A DNA stretch of 64,000 nucleotides from contig CAWFUG010000009.1 of NCBI GenBank assembly GCA_963818965.1, positions 352,001 to 416,000 on the forward strand, in the 5' to 3' direction. Below, piece by piece: positions 19,192-28,520 of the stretch. This DNA is from an uncultured Verrucomicrobiae bacterium. GTDB lineage: Bacteria > Chlamydiota > Chlamydiia > Chlamydiales > Rhabdochlamydiaceae. Numbering within the stretch: position 1 is the first letter of the stretch; each line of letters begins with the position of its first letter. Below the pieces are notes generated by a model, which saw only the letters and a list, made by a program, of their open reading frames with translations, searched no databases and was not told the origin of the DNA. The translations under genes and the position numbers were made by a program.

Positions 19192-19988
19192 TGGCGGAGC
19201 CACTCCCTCAAATTGAATTTTCTCTTAAAGTCTGCGTTTGATGGGGGGGTGAAAACACTACGGATGATCCCTTTGAAGCGATCGATTTTCACGCCTGGGG
19301 TCATGACCCCATCTCTGGAGATGGAGACCCGTCCTGTCTCTTCTGAAATCACGATGATGAGCGCATCGGTTAGCTGCGAAGCCCCGAGCCCTGCGCGGTG
19401 ACGCGTTCCCATCGAACGGGTGAGCTGGGAGTTGTCTTCAGAAAGAGGGAGGATCACAGCCGCAGCTACGATCGTCGTATCTCGGATGATCACAGCCCCA
19501 TCGTGTAGAGGCGTTGTCGTCGCGAAGATAGACTCGAGCAGCTCTGAGGAGAAGTTCGCGTTTAAAATCACCGCTTTGCGCGCCATCTCGTCGAGATTGT
19601 CTTCATTTTCCAAGACGATCAGAGCGCCGAGTCGCTTTTCCGCCATCCGGTAGGTCGAGTTCGCCAGATGGTCTAAAAATTTATCGAATTCCGTCATCTC
19701 TCTATAACGACGCCCTTTTAAACTCAATTTCGAGAGGGCGACGCGCAGCTCTGGCTGGAAGATGATCAAGATCCCGATTACAGCGACATTTCCGATGAGG
19801 AGCATGATCTTATGCAAAATCGGCAAGTTGAGCCAAGAGGAGACAGCGAAGATGAACAAGAAAGCGAGCATCCCCAAGACGAGGTCCATAGAGCGGGTAT
19901 TCCAGAAAAAAGAAAGGAGATAATTGAGCATCACGGCGATGATGACAATCTCAATCAGAGGAACAAACCCATGGAAGATAGGACTCAT
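19188..19988 (-). CDS. dacA: Diadenylate cyclase CdaA/DacA
   Basis: 3 TM segments; IFQPELR, GALIV, PLHDGAV, GTRHRA, SEETG. Start ATG 19988. Confidence 0.95.
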   Translation of the reverse strand: MSPIFHGFVPLIEIVIIAVMLNYLLSFFWNTRSMDLVLGMLAFLFIFAVSSWLNLPILHKIMLLIGNVAVIGILIIFQPELRVALSKLSLKGRRYREMTEFDKFLDHLANSTYRMAEKRLGALIVLENEDNLDEMARKAVILNANFSSELLESIFATTTPLHDGAVIIRDTTIVAAAVILPLSEDNSQLTRSMGTRHRAGLGASQLTDALIIVISEETGRVSISRDGVMTPGVKIDRFKGIIRSVFTPPSNADFKRKFNLREWLRQ

Positions 19989-19991
19989 TTT

Positions 19992-20106
19992 TATACCCTT
20001 GCAGCGAGCTTGATAATAGCAGACGAATTTTTTTGAGTATATACCCAAGTGGACTCAAAAGTTAGCCGTAGGGCCGCTTGATAAGCTCCCGCAAGGGGAT
20101 GGTATA
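19992..20106. mobile_element. Tandem or degenerate TA-flanked elements (TACCCTTGC...GAGTA-TA-TACCCAAGTGGAC...GGTA-TA)
   Basis: TATACC/GGTATA ends; aagctcccgc core; TACCCAAGTGGAC also occurs inverted at 51011-51023. Confidence 0.65.
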
Positions 20107-20170
20107 ACCACAGAGAGGGGAAACCACAGAGAGAAAAAAATCCTCTCTGTGGTTTCCCCTCTCTGTGGTT
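20106..20170. repeat. CCACAGAGAG hairpin repeat
   Basis: aaccacagagaggggaaaccacagagag-aaaaaaatc-ctctctgtggtttcccctctctgtggtt. Confidence 0.9.
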
Positions 20171-20208
20171 ATTTTCTCTTTGTGCAACAACGGCGGAAGA
20201 CACGGTTA

Positions 20209-20236
20209 TTGACAATTTATTTGAGCGGAGTAGGAT
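20209..20236 (+). promoter_or_regulatory. Putative sigma66/70 promoter of cydAB
   Basis: TTGACA-16-TAGGAT. Confidence 0.5.
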
Positions 20237-20268
20237 TAGAAGGAAATTAAAAACTTAAGGGCGCTGTT

Positions 20269-21636
20269 ATGGATGCTGTCATGCTCTCGAGAATTCAGTT
20301 CGCTTTGACGAGCTCTTTCCATTACATTTACCCTCCTTTGAGCATTGGGCTGGGGCTCATGTTGGTGATCTTCGAGGGAATTTACGTAAAGACTAAGAAC
20401 CCCCTCTACCGGCAAATCACTCGATTTTGGGTCAAGATCTTCGCCTTGACGTTTGCATTGGGGGTCGCAACAGGTCTCGTGCAGTTGTTCGGATTTGGGA
20501 CCAATTGGGCCCGTTATTCCCGCTTTGTCGGCGATGTCTTCGGGAGCGCTCTCGGTGCAGAGGGGGTCTTCGCATTTTTTCTAGAGGCAGGCTTTTTAGG
20601 GGTGATGCTGTTCGGTTGGGAGCGTTGTAGTGCTAAATTCCACTATTTTGCCACGATTTGCGTATCAGCTGGCGCCCATTTTAGCGCGATTTGGATCGTC
20701 GTCGCCAACTCTTGGATGCAGACGCCTGCAGGCTATAAAATCGTAGGAGAGGGGGGGCAAGCTAAAGCTGTCGTCACTGACTTTTGGCAGATGGTCTTCA
20801 ATCCCTCTTCCATCGATCGTTTGATCCACGTCGTCTTGGGCTGTTGGCTCTCAGGGATCTTCTTCATCTTGAGCGTGACTGCTTATTATTATTTCAAAGA
20901 CAAATACCGAGAGTTTGCTCAGAAGACGATGAAGCTCACTCTGTGGGCAGCTGTCGTCGTACTCATCCTCCATCTGATCTCCGCAGACACCACGGCGCGC
21001 GGGGTTGCCTACAATCAACCCTCGAAACTCGCTGCCATGGAAGGCGTTTTTGAGACGAAAAAAGCAACCCCTCTTACCCTCTTCGGATGGGTCGATGTGA
21101 AAAACCGGGAAGTCAAGGGGCTGAAGATTCCGGGACTATTGAGTTTGCTCACTTATTACAATACAGAGGTGCCTGTTAAGGGGTTCGATCAGATCCCCGA
21201 AGATGAGCGGCCGCCGATCCAAGCTGTCTTCCAAACCTACCACATCATGGTGCTGATGTGGGGTCTCATGGCCTTTGTCACTGCGTGCGCCCTCTGGCAA
21301 CTCAAGCGGGGACGACTCCAGCGTACAAAATGGCTGCTGTGGTCGTTGATGTTCTCCGTTGGGTTTCCCCAGATCGCTAACCAATGCGGATGGGCGACAG
21401 CGGAGATCGGCCGTCAGCCCTGGATCGTCTATGGCGTTCTCAAGACAGTACACGGAGTTTCACCCAATATCAGCCCCCATCAAGTCTGGCGATCGATTTG
21501 CATGTTTCTAGTGATCTACACTCTCCTCTTCATCCTCTTTATTTTCCTACTCGACCGAAAGATCAAACACGGACCAGAAGAGGTTGAAGATGAACCTGAG
21601 TTTCGTGACACTCTTACAAAAAAGGGGGCGAGATGA
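20269..21636 (+). CDS. cydA: Cytochrome bd oxidase subunit I
   Basis: LSRIQFA...FHYIYPP, ANSWMQTP, QPSKLAAMEG, EIGRQPW. Confidence 0.97.
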   Translation: MDAVMLSRIQFALTSSFHYIYPPLSIGLGLMLVIFEGIYVKTKNPLYRQITRFWVKIFALTFALGVATGLVQLFGFGTNWARYSRFVGDVFGSALGAEGVFAFFLEAGFLGVMLFGWERCSAKFHYFATICVSAGAHFSAIWIVVANSWMQTPAGYKIVGEGGQAKAVVTDFWQMVFNPSSIDRLIHVVLGCWLSGIFFILSVTAYYYFKDKYREFAQKTMKLTLWAAVVVLILHLISADTTARGVAYNQPSKLAAMEGVFETKKATPLTLFGWVDVKNREVKGLKIPGLLSLLTYYNTEVPVKGFDQIPEDERPPIQAVFQTYHIMVLMWGLMAFVTACALWQLKRGRLQRTKWLLWSLMFSVGFPQIANQCGWATAEIGRQPWIVYGVLKTVHGVSPNISPHQVWRSICMFLVIYTLLFILFIFLLDRKIKHGPEEVEDEPEFRDTLTKKGAR

Positions 21637-22661
21637 GCACAGACGTTCTTGCACATCTTTGGTATTTCGTCGTCGGCATCTGCGTCGTCTTTTACGTCGT
21701 TCTTGATGGGTTTGATTTGGGAGTGGGTTGTTTGCATCTTTTGGCGAAAAAGGATGACGAAAGGCGGATTTTTCTCAATGCCATCGGTCCTGTCTGGGAT
21801 GGAAATGAAGTGTGGCTTGTCATTGTAGGGGGCGCTCTCTTTGCAGGGTTTCCCGACGTCTACGCTACCCTCTTTTCTGGATTTTACGACATCTGCATGA
21901 TCTTGCTCGCAGGACTGATCTTCCGTGCCTGTGCGATCGAGTTCCGCAGCAAAGGGCCTTCTCTCCGTTGGCGCTCCACATGGGACCGGGTATTCTGTGT
22001 CGCGAGTATCGCGATCGCCTTTGGACTGGGATTGACCTTGGGGAACCTAATGGAGGGGATTCCTCTCGATGCGGAAGGAGACTTCGTCGGTACATTTTCC
22101 CTCTTCTTAAGACCCTATCCGATTCTGATCGGCCTTTTTACCGTATCACTGCTTAGCATGCACGGCTCGATCTACTTAGCGATGAAAACAGAAGGGGCTT
22201 TGAATGAAAAGGTCAGGCTTTGGGCAAAGCGTTGCATCGTCCTCTTCGTCGGGATGTTCATCTTGACGACTGTCGCCACTTGGGGTGCTGCCCCTAACAT
22301 GATCGAGCGCTTTCTCGAAGAGCCGTGGTTCTTTCTCGTGCCCCTCGTTTCGATTCTCGCCATCCTCGCCGTCCCACGGGCTTTTTCTCGCAATGAAGAT
22401 GGGTGGGCATTTCTCTACTCGTGCTTTTCGATCCTGTTTCTCTTCGGCGTCTTCGGCATTGCGACCTACCCTGATCTCATCATGTCGTCGATCGACCCTC
22501 AGCATACTAGCCTCACGCTCTATAATGCGGCGGCCTCACCCCTTACGCTCAAAGTACTCCTGATCATCGTCGCCATAGGCATCCCCCTCGTCCTCGCCTA
22601 CGGCACCATAATCTACCGGATCTTCCGCGGCAAGGTCAAGATCGGCTCTACGAGTTATTGA
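21633..22661 (+). CDS. cydB: Cytochrome bd oxidase subunit II
   Basis: LDGFDLGVG, GPVWDGNEVWL; ATGA coupling to cydA. Confidence 0.97.
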   Translation: MSTDVLAHLWYFVVGICVVFYVVLDGFDLGVGCLHLLAKKDDERRIFLNAIGPVWDGNEVWLVIVGGALFAGFPDVYATLFSGFYDICMILLAGLIFRACAIEFRSKGPSLRWRSTWDRVFCVASIAIAFGLGLTLGNLMEGIPLDAEGDFVGTFSLFLRPYPILIGLFTVSLLSMHGSIYLAMKTEGALNEKVRLWAKRCIVLFVGMFILTTVATWGAAPNMIERFLEEPWFFLVPLVSILAILAVPRAFSRNEDGWAFLYSCFSILFLFGVFGIATYPDLIMSSIDPQHTSLTLYNAAASPLTLKVLLIIVAIGIPLVLAYGTIIYRIFRGKVKIGSTSY

Positions 22662-23664
22662 AAGAGGTTTTATCCTTTCGTTTGTCGGATACAAAGGCGA
22701 ATCTCGCTTCTACACTATGTCTGAACGGATCGCGATCGCCTTCTTTTTCTTCATGGGTGACAGCCGCATGGGTGACAGCCGCATGAGGGGTCTCAGGCGT
22801 TTTAAAAACGATCACACCCCTTCTCTTGATGTCATTCTGGATAACCCATGTATGATAGGGTCTTGATTCAAGAGCCAAAGAAGGGACCAAAATGTCTGGG
22901 GGGAAAGGGGTTTTTATTTGAGAAGTATAATGTTTTAATTCCTCTGAAGGATCTTTCAATGTACTGATATCCACCAAAGCTAAAGTGTTGATGGAAGGGC
23001 GTTCATTCAAAGGGATCCACACATTGACGATTTCAGAAAACGCAACGTCATCAAGAGCTATCGAATCATCCTCAAAAGCCTCCTCCAATCCCTCTTGCAA
23101 AAGACGTTCAAAGGTATCCAATACGATTGGAAACTGGTCTTTAGAAAAATCGACGTGCGCCAGGGGGAGGATTTTCTGTGCATTCCAGAAATTTCCCGTA
23201 TGTCTATACTGAAGAGGGCTGATAGGAATGACAGCATCGAATGGAATCCCTTCTTTTTTCCCCCAGTCGGTCAAAAATAAGCGAACATCCTCGTAAATGC
23301 AAAGCATGTTGTGATAGGATCGTTCCTCTACGTAATTTCCGAGATGTTCTACTGTTTTTTCGTCAAATGTGCAAAATTCAAACCCATTTTCTTTGAAATT
23401 AAACTGTTTTGTGATCTCTAGCCCTGAATAGGCATGAATGAGTGGCGTCTTCTTTACCAAAACACCCTCTTCCGTAAGGCGCTCGAAATCATCTGCGCTA
23501 ATGGTTTGATCTTCTAAAGAAGGACGATTGGCGAAGTAGATCGATGAAACTGCCTGTTGCGCTTTTTCAGTGTTGGGTTGAGCGCTGCCTGTCACAACAG
23601 TCTGGTCGGAAGAGTCTTGAGGGTTTTGGAAACCCGTTTGATTGAAACTGTTTACTGTTGACAT
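22648..23664 (-). CDS. CmcJ/NvfI(AsaB)-like Fe(II)-dependent oxygenase with disordered N-terminus
   Basis: AHVD, NVWIPL, LALVD, FKTPETPH, RHSVEAR pattern. Confidence 0.6.
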   Translation of the reverse strand: MSTVNSFNQTGFQNPQDSSDQTVVTGSAQPNTEKAQQAVSSIYFANRPSLEDQTISADDFERLTEEGVLVKKTPLIHAYSGLEITKQFNFKENGFEFCTFDEKTVEHLGNYVEERSYHNMLCIYEDVRLFLTDWGKKEGIPFDAVIPISPLQYRHTGNFWNAQKILPLAHVDFSKDQFPIVLDTFERLLQEGLEEAFEDDSIALDDVAFSEIVNVWIPLNERPSINTLALVDISTLKDPSEELKHYTSQIKTPFPPDILVPSLALESRPYHTWVIQNDIKRRGVIVFKTPETPHAAVTHAAVTHEEKEGDRDPFRHSVEARFAFVSDKRKDKTSFNNS

Positions 23665-23838
23665 TATAACTCCTGTGTTTTTTTATTTATAATAACTTTA
23701 ATTATATCATTAAATAGATTTAATTTAAACTATGTATAAACAATTTTTTTTATACGGAGTGGGTTTAAGGCTTAAGTTATTGATATTCTGAGTGTTAGAG
23801 CTTTATCTTAAAGCAATTTCTTTGTGCGACAGAAAATT

Positions 23839-23934
23839 ACTTGAAGAAAAAAACCGCTGAAATGCGACCATATCTCGTTGGTAATCAAGTAGCTAGGGAT
23901 TATAAAGCAGATCAGCGAGGTTTTTTCTTCAAGT
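23839..23934. repeat. Long imperfect inverted repeat downstream of abiEii
   Basis: acttgaagaaaaaaaccgctga...tcagcgaggttttttcttcaagt. Confidence 0.7.
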
Positions 23935-24815
23935 CATTTTTTGTCGTATACGAAGGTGATTTTGGACAAAAGATCGAGGAAATAGGCAGTGGACCAGGTT
24001 TCTAAGACATTGGGGTTACGAATAAAATGGATGACATCTGCTTTGGCCGCAGCAATATCCAATGCTTTCATGCGTTGAGTATACAATTGTGAGAAAATTT
24101 CAGGCGTTAAATGGAGGTCTTTCTCAATGTAACCCGTTTGTTTTAAGCGCGCCTCAAGATGGGACAGATGAAGGGGGATTTTTCTAGCGACATACCAAAC
24201 CAGATCATACCAATCTCTCCCTTTAACACGCCCTTTCCATTCTCTTGCTAATAAGGCGCTCATTTTTCCTGCGAAGAGATCGGATAAAGCATAACTTTTA
24301 ACATAGTACAACCCAGGGAGATGCATTTCAGTCATTTCCGTTTTAAAACCAGGAGGGGGATCGGTATCGATTTCGATCTTTATTTTAATATTTTCATCGA
24401 CATGAATGCGTTGTCTTTCTTGTGCGTTCAAGCCAATTCGTATGACCTTTTCTAAGGTGTTTCCCTTTAGAAATGCAGACAAAACGGCACTTTGATGTGT
24501 TTTTTCTTTTTTTTGGATCGAAATATCAAATCCATAACTTTGAATATGTAATTCCACTGATTTTAGGTAAGGCTCCAATTTGAAATGAGGATCAGGTTCG
24601 AGAAGGGAAAAATCCAAGTCTTCGCTAAAACGATCGAGTTGATACAAAATTCTCAAACAGGTTCCTCCGTAAAAAGCACCTTTTTCAAAGAATTTTGCCC
24701 TTGCTAAACCTTCCAAGGTAATTTCTTGGATGATTTCTTGGAGGGCATTTCTGAAATCATCTTTCGTCTTACAGGAGTATTTTTTTAGCCACTGAGTGAT
24801 CACTTGATTAATCAT
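23934..24815 (-). CDS. AbiEii-family nucleotidyltransferase toxin (type IV TA)
   Basis: FYGGTCLRI, RFSEDLDF, AGKMSALLAR, KGRDWYDL. Confidence 0.92.
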   Translation of the reverse strand: MINQVITQWLKKYSCKTKDDFRNALQEIIQEITLEGLARAKFFEKGAFYGGTCLRILYQLDRFSEDLDFSLLEPDPHFKLEPYLKSVELHIQSYGFDISIQKKEKTHQSAVLSAFLKGNTLEKVIRIGLNAQERQRIHVDENIKIKIEIDTDPPPGFKTEMTEMHLPGLYYVKSYALSDLFAGKMSALLAREWKGRVKGRDWYDLVWYVARKIPLHLSHLEARLKQTGYIEKDLHLTPEIFSQLYTQRMKALDIAAAKADVIHFIRNPNVLETWSTAYFLDLLSKITFVYDKK

Positions 24816-25428
24816 AAATTGCTGCAATAAGGAGGTTTGTCATTTGGTAGGCTTTGAGGATTTTAATGATGGTGTTTTTGTTTAGTTTTCTTAAATCAGA
24901 TGGTTCCATTCGGAGATTTTCGTAAAGGTGCTCTTTCATCTCACTTACAATTGAAATGTCCTTGACCTGGGAAATAAAATCGACCAACGCTTTTTCAGGA
25001 CTTGCCATCAGGTAGCTCCCTTCCTGAGGAAGTTCTATGCTGATGAGTCCTAGGGAATAAACAGAAGGTGGACGTCGTGAATAAGAAAAAGTGGTTAGGG
25101 GTGTTTGGAATGTTTTTGAGCGATTCAGGCAAATGCTCGTGATCGTCATGACTCTCTCGGGAATCAGCCCATATTTTGATAAAGCGTATTCAAGTGAGAT
25201 ATAGGAAGGGGAATAGACGAGGTTGGCCAGAATTTCAAGGGAGATCGCTTTTTTCTGGTGGTGGGATCCAAAAATGTAGATCCCTTTTCGGATTCTAATA
25301 ATGGACTTATTTTTCAAAAGAAGGGAAATTTTATCGCGCGGCTTCTTATATTCCCTCAGGTGGTGCATCAGCACTTGGTAGTCAAAAATCTCACCCTGGA
25401 CAGCTTCTCTTAAGGTTTCAAAAGACAT
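24808..25428 (-). CDS. AbiEi-family antitoxin / transcriptional regulator
   Basis: IRIRKGIY, PSYISLEYALSKYGLIPERV, ASPEKALVD; overlaps the toxin start. Confidence 0.9.
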   Translation of the reverse strand: MSFETLREAVQGEIFDYQVLMHHLREYKKPRDKISLLLKNKSIIRIRKGIYIFGSHHQKKAISLEILANLVYSPSYISLEYALSKYGLIPERVMTITSICLNRSKTFQTPLTTFSYSRRPPSVYSLGLISIELPQEGSYLMASPEKALVDFISQVKDISIVSEMKEHLYENLRMEPSDLRKLNKNTIIKILKAYQMTNLLIAAIYD

Positions 25429-25468
25429 TCTTACTTTATACCCCTTTTCTTCATTTTATCTGGTCTGT

Positions 25469-25501
25469 GCTCATATGTCCATTATTTCTGGACATACGAG
25501 C
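25469..25501. promoter_or_regulatory. Inverted-repeat operator candidate for abiE autoregulation
   Basis: gctcatatgtcca-7nt-tggacatacgagc, about 40 bp upstream of abiEi. Confidence 0.65.
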
Positions 25502-25701
25502 TTTTGTTATTTATGTAAGTTGCTTATTATTAGTCGCTTGCGTTTTGTGTAAAAAGTGGGCTTGTGGATAAACGGCTCAGTGTATTACTCCCCCCGTCGT
25601 TTGTTTTTTACTCTAAAAGAGGTGTCTGTGTTTGAGTTTGATGCGAAGGAATCGATCCTGCGCCCGAGAGGAGCGCGTTTTGTCGTGTACAAAGAAGCAA
25701 T

Positions 25702-26292
25702 CTAACGGCTGCCGGGGAACCCGACGACAGCTTTATAGCAGAGGAGGAGGTGTTTGACGCCGTTCATGGCGCGGTGAGGCTTTTCTTCCTTAGGCAGGCT
25801 GTGGAAGACGGCGATTTTATCCTTGGAGTAGCCGATCTCCCAGGGAAAGTTCCCTTCGCCCTTGGCGGCGCTCTTGAGCGATTCGACCCAATGCATCGAA
25901 GCGAGGTCGAGCCAGTGGTAGGGCCAGAGCATCTTTTCTTGGGCATCTACGTCGATAAGTTGGGAAAAGAAGACCCGGTCGAAGGAGGGGTTTTGGCACA
26001 TAAAGACAGCGGCGTTGCGTTTGATCCCATTTTTGTCGAAGTGGATGCAGATTTGTTCAGCGACAGCTTTCCGAGAAGGCGCCCTTTCGACTTCTTCCCA
26101 CGTAAATCCGTTGACTTTAAGGCTTTCAGGATCGCTTAAGGCCCACTCCTCAGAAGAGGTGGCGACGATCGACTCGAATGTATCCAAAACGTTGCCAGAA
26201 AACACATCGACGATTTGGAAAGCGATCTCGATCACCTTGTGCTTTTGCGCATTAAGACCATTTGTCTCACTATCTAGAAATATCCCCAGCAC
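25702..26292 (-). CDS. DEDDh 3'-5' exonuclease (DnaQ/oligoribonuclease-like)
   Basis: LDSETNGL, QNPSFD, HRAMNGV. Confidence 0.85.
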   Translation of the reverse strand: MLGIFLDSETNGLNAQKHKVIEIAFQIVDVFSGNVLDTFESIVATSSEEWALSDPESLKVNGFTWEEVERAPSRKAVAEQICIHFDKNGIKRNAAVFMCQNPSFDRVFFSQLIDVDAQEKMLWPYHWLDLASMHWVESLKSAAKGEGNFPWEIGYSKDKIAVFHSLPKEEKPHRAMNGVKHLLLCYKAVVGFPGSR

Positions 26293-26312
26293 GGTAAACC
26301 CTATTTAGTTTG

Positions 26313-26631
26313 TATACTCCAGTCGGCCTCAAACTTGGAATTTGGCCGGCGCGAAAGCTCCCGCCAAATTCCAAGTTTGAGGCCGACTGGGGTATATATA
26401 CCCCTTCCACCTCAATCGTAACCACAAGCAAACCGATTAAAAGCCTCAAAATTCGAATCAAAGGTCGGGGTCAATATTGAATTTAATATTAACCCCGACC
26501 TTTGATTCGAATTTTGAGAACTTTTCATTCGGTTTTCTTGGGTACGATTGAGGGGAAGGGGTATATACCACACTCGGCTTGAAGGACCCGATCCTTCAAG
26601 TTGTTTCGGTATACCCAATCACTTGGGTATA
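26313..26631. mobile_element. Tandem array of four TA-joined palindromic elements (about 80, 165, 46 and 18 bp)
   Basis: Units 26315-26394, 26399-26563, 26566-26611 and 26612-26629, each TAC...GTA; TA runs at the junctions. Confidence 0.85.
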
Positions 26632-26733
26632 ACAAGAAGGGATGGATCTTGCAATAAATATTTGTTTGTTGACAACGGTTAAAATAATTACTACTCTTCA
26701 GTTTCAAAGGCTTGAGAGGCTTTGGGGAGGGTT

Positions 26734-27198
26734 ATGCACATTAATGGGGGGATTTCCGATCAGACGCGGCAGCTAATTAGCGACGGGTTGGCTGTTTTTT
26801 TGGCTAATACGTATGCTCTTTATCTAAAGACACAAAATTTTCATTGGAATGTCACAGGGCTAGAGTTCTATTCCTTACACATTCTTTTTGAAAAACAATA
26901 TCAAGATTTGGCGGAAGCGGTCGATGAGGTTGCTGAGAGAATCCGGGCTTTGGGATTTTATGTCGATGCGACGTTTCAGGGATTTAAAAAAATGGCGACG
27001 ATCACTCAAGAGGATAAGGTGTTAAGCAGCAGAGAGATGTTGCAAAGTCTTATCGACGGGCATGAAAATTTAATTCGCCATGTCCGCAAAGTTGCAGAGA
27101 TTTGCGATCAAGAAAAAGATTTTGCGACAGTCGATATGATCGGCAGGCGTCTAGGGGCTCATGAAAAAATGGCTTGGTTTTTGCGCTCCTCGATCTGA
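26734..27198 (+). CDS. dps: DNA starvation/stationary phase protection protein Dps
   Basis: LYLKTQNFHWNVTG, LHILFEKQY, DEVAERIRALG, HEKMAWFL. Confidence 0.95.
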   Translation: MHINGGISDQTRQLISDGLAVFLANTYALYLKTQNFHWNVTGLEFYSLHILFEKQYQDLAEAVDEVAERIRALGFYVDATFQGFKKMATITQEDKVLSSREMLQSLIDGHENLIRHVRKVAEICDQEKDFATVDMIGRRLGAHEKMAWFLRSSI

Positions 27199-27268
27199 AC
27201 CGTAGGAAAGGTGTAGAGCCAAACCGATAGATCTGGTATAGTCCTGGCCTTTTACTCAAGTAGATCTG

Positions 27269-27688
27269 ATGGCTATTGCGCCCCAAAAGTACCGAGAGAT
27301 TCTTTTTTTATTGCTCTATAGCTCCGATTTTGGGAGCGAGGATGAGGTCGTGGAGATCCTCATGGCGCAGCTCTCTGTCAGTAAGAGTGCGGTGCGCGAA
27401 GCTGTGGCTCTTCGGAAAAAAATTTCTGAAAAGCTAGGCGAGATCGATCTCTATATCCAGCAGCATTCCCAATCCTATGCGCTCGATCGGATTCCGATGG
27501 TAGAGCGGACGGTGTTGCGCCTTTCGATTTATGAGCTGTTGTATACTAAAGAACTCTCACACAAAATAGTGATTTCTGAAGCGATCCGCCTAACGAAGAA
27601 ATTCGCAACGGTGGACGCGGCTCATTTTGTCAATGCGATCTTAGATGCGGTGTATACCCATGTTGTTTCAGCAGGACAAGTCCCTTAA
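27269..27688 (+). CDS. nusB: Transcription antitermination factor NusB
   Basis: ERTVLRLSIYEL, ISEAIRLTKKF, FVNAILD. Confidence 0.95.
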   Translation: MAIAPQKYREILFLLLYSSDFGSEDEVVEILMAQLSVSKSAVREAVALRKKISEKLGEIDLYIQQHSQSYALDRIPMVERTVLRLSIYELLYTKELSHKIVISEAIRLTKKFATVDAAHFVNAILDAVYTHVVSAGQVP

Positions 27689-28520
27689 AGAGTTATCGAC
27701 TTTTGGCATCGGGGGGCTCGCCCAGTACTTTTGCGAAGTCAAGACGATTGAAGAGATGCAGTCGATCCTAGAGCATTGCCATTCTCAAAAATTACCCTTT
27801 CTCGTCATCGGCAAGGGGTCGAATTGCCTTTTCGACGATCGAGGATTTAAGGGGCTCGTCATTTTAAATAAGATCTGCTTTTGTCGGTTCGAGGGAGCGC
27901 TTGTCTCTGTCGGAGCAGGCTACAGCTTCTCCCTTTTGGGCGCGCAGACGGCGCGCAAAGGGTGGGCGGGTCTCGAATTCGCCTCAGGCATCCCCGGATC
28001 TGTCGGGGGCGCTGTTTTCATGAATGCAGGGGCGAATGGAGCGGAGACCCAAGATACGCTAATCGCGGTGAGTTTTGTCGATGAACGGGGTGTTTTAGAA
28101 ACCTTATCCAAAGATCAGCTCGCCTTTTCTTACCGCACCTCTTGTTTCCAAAAGCGCAAAGGAGCGATCGTCAGCGCCACATTTTCTCTTACTCCCGCAG
28201 AAGAAGCGCGCAAAAAACAATTGGGGATCATCGAATACCGCACCAAGACACAGCCTTACCAGGATAAATCGGCAGGTTGTGTGTTTAAAAATCCAGAAGG
28301 GTATGCCGCTGGAGCTTTAATTCAACAGTGTGGGCTAAAGGGAAAGAGAATGGGGGGTGCTGAAGTTTCAGAGCTGCACGGGAATTTCATCGTCAACCGC
28401 GAGGGAGCCACTGCAAAAGAGATCCTAGAACTCGCAGAGCATGTCAAAAGGGTCGTCAAAGAACAGACAGGGATCGATTTAGAACCAGAGATTCGGTATA
28501 TAGATCATGTTTCGTGCTGA
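27660..28520 (+). CDS. murB: UDP-N-acetylenolpyruvoylglucosamine reductase
   Basis: GKGSN, GIPGSVGGAVFMNAGA, SAGCVFKNP, HGNFIVN. Confidence 0.97.
   Translation: MLFQQDKSLKELSTFGIGGLAQYFCEVKTIEEMQSILEHCHSQKLPFLVIGKGSNCLFDDRGFKGLVILNKICFCRFEGALVSVGAGYSFSLLGAQTARKGWAGLEFASGIPGSVGGAVFMNAGANGAETQDTLIAVSFVDERGVLETLSKDQLAFSYRTSCFQKRKGAIVSATFSLTPAEEARKKQLGIIEYRTKTQPYQDKSAGCVFKNPEGYAAGALIQQCGLKGKRMGGAEVSELHGNFIVNREGATAKEILELAEHVKRVVKEQTGIDLEPEIRYIDHVSC

Noticed and set aside
26313..26631. TA-joined array as a CRISPR array or integron
   Set aside because: Units are self-complementary and of unequal length, with no constant repeat, cassette ORFs or integrase.
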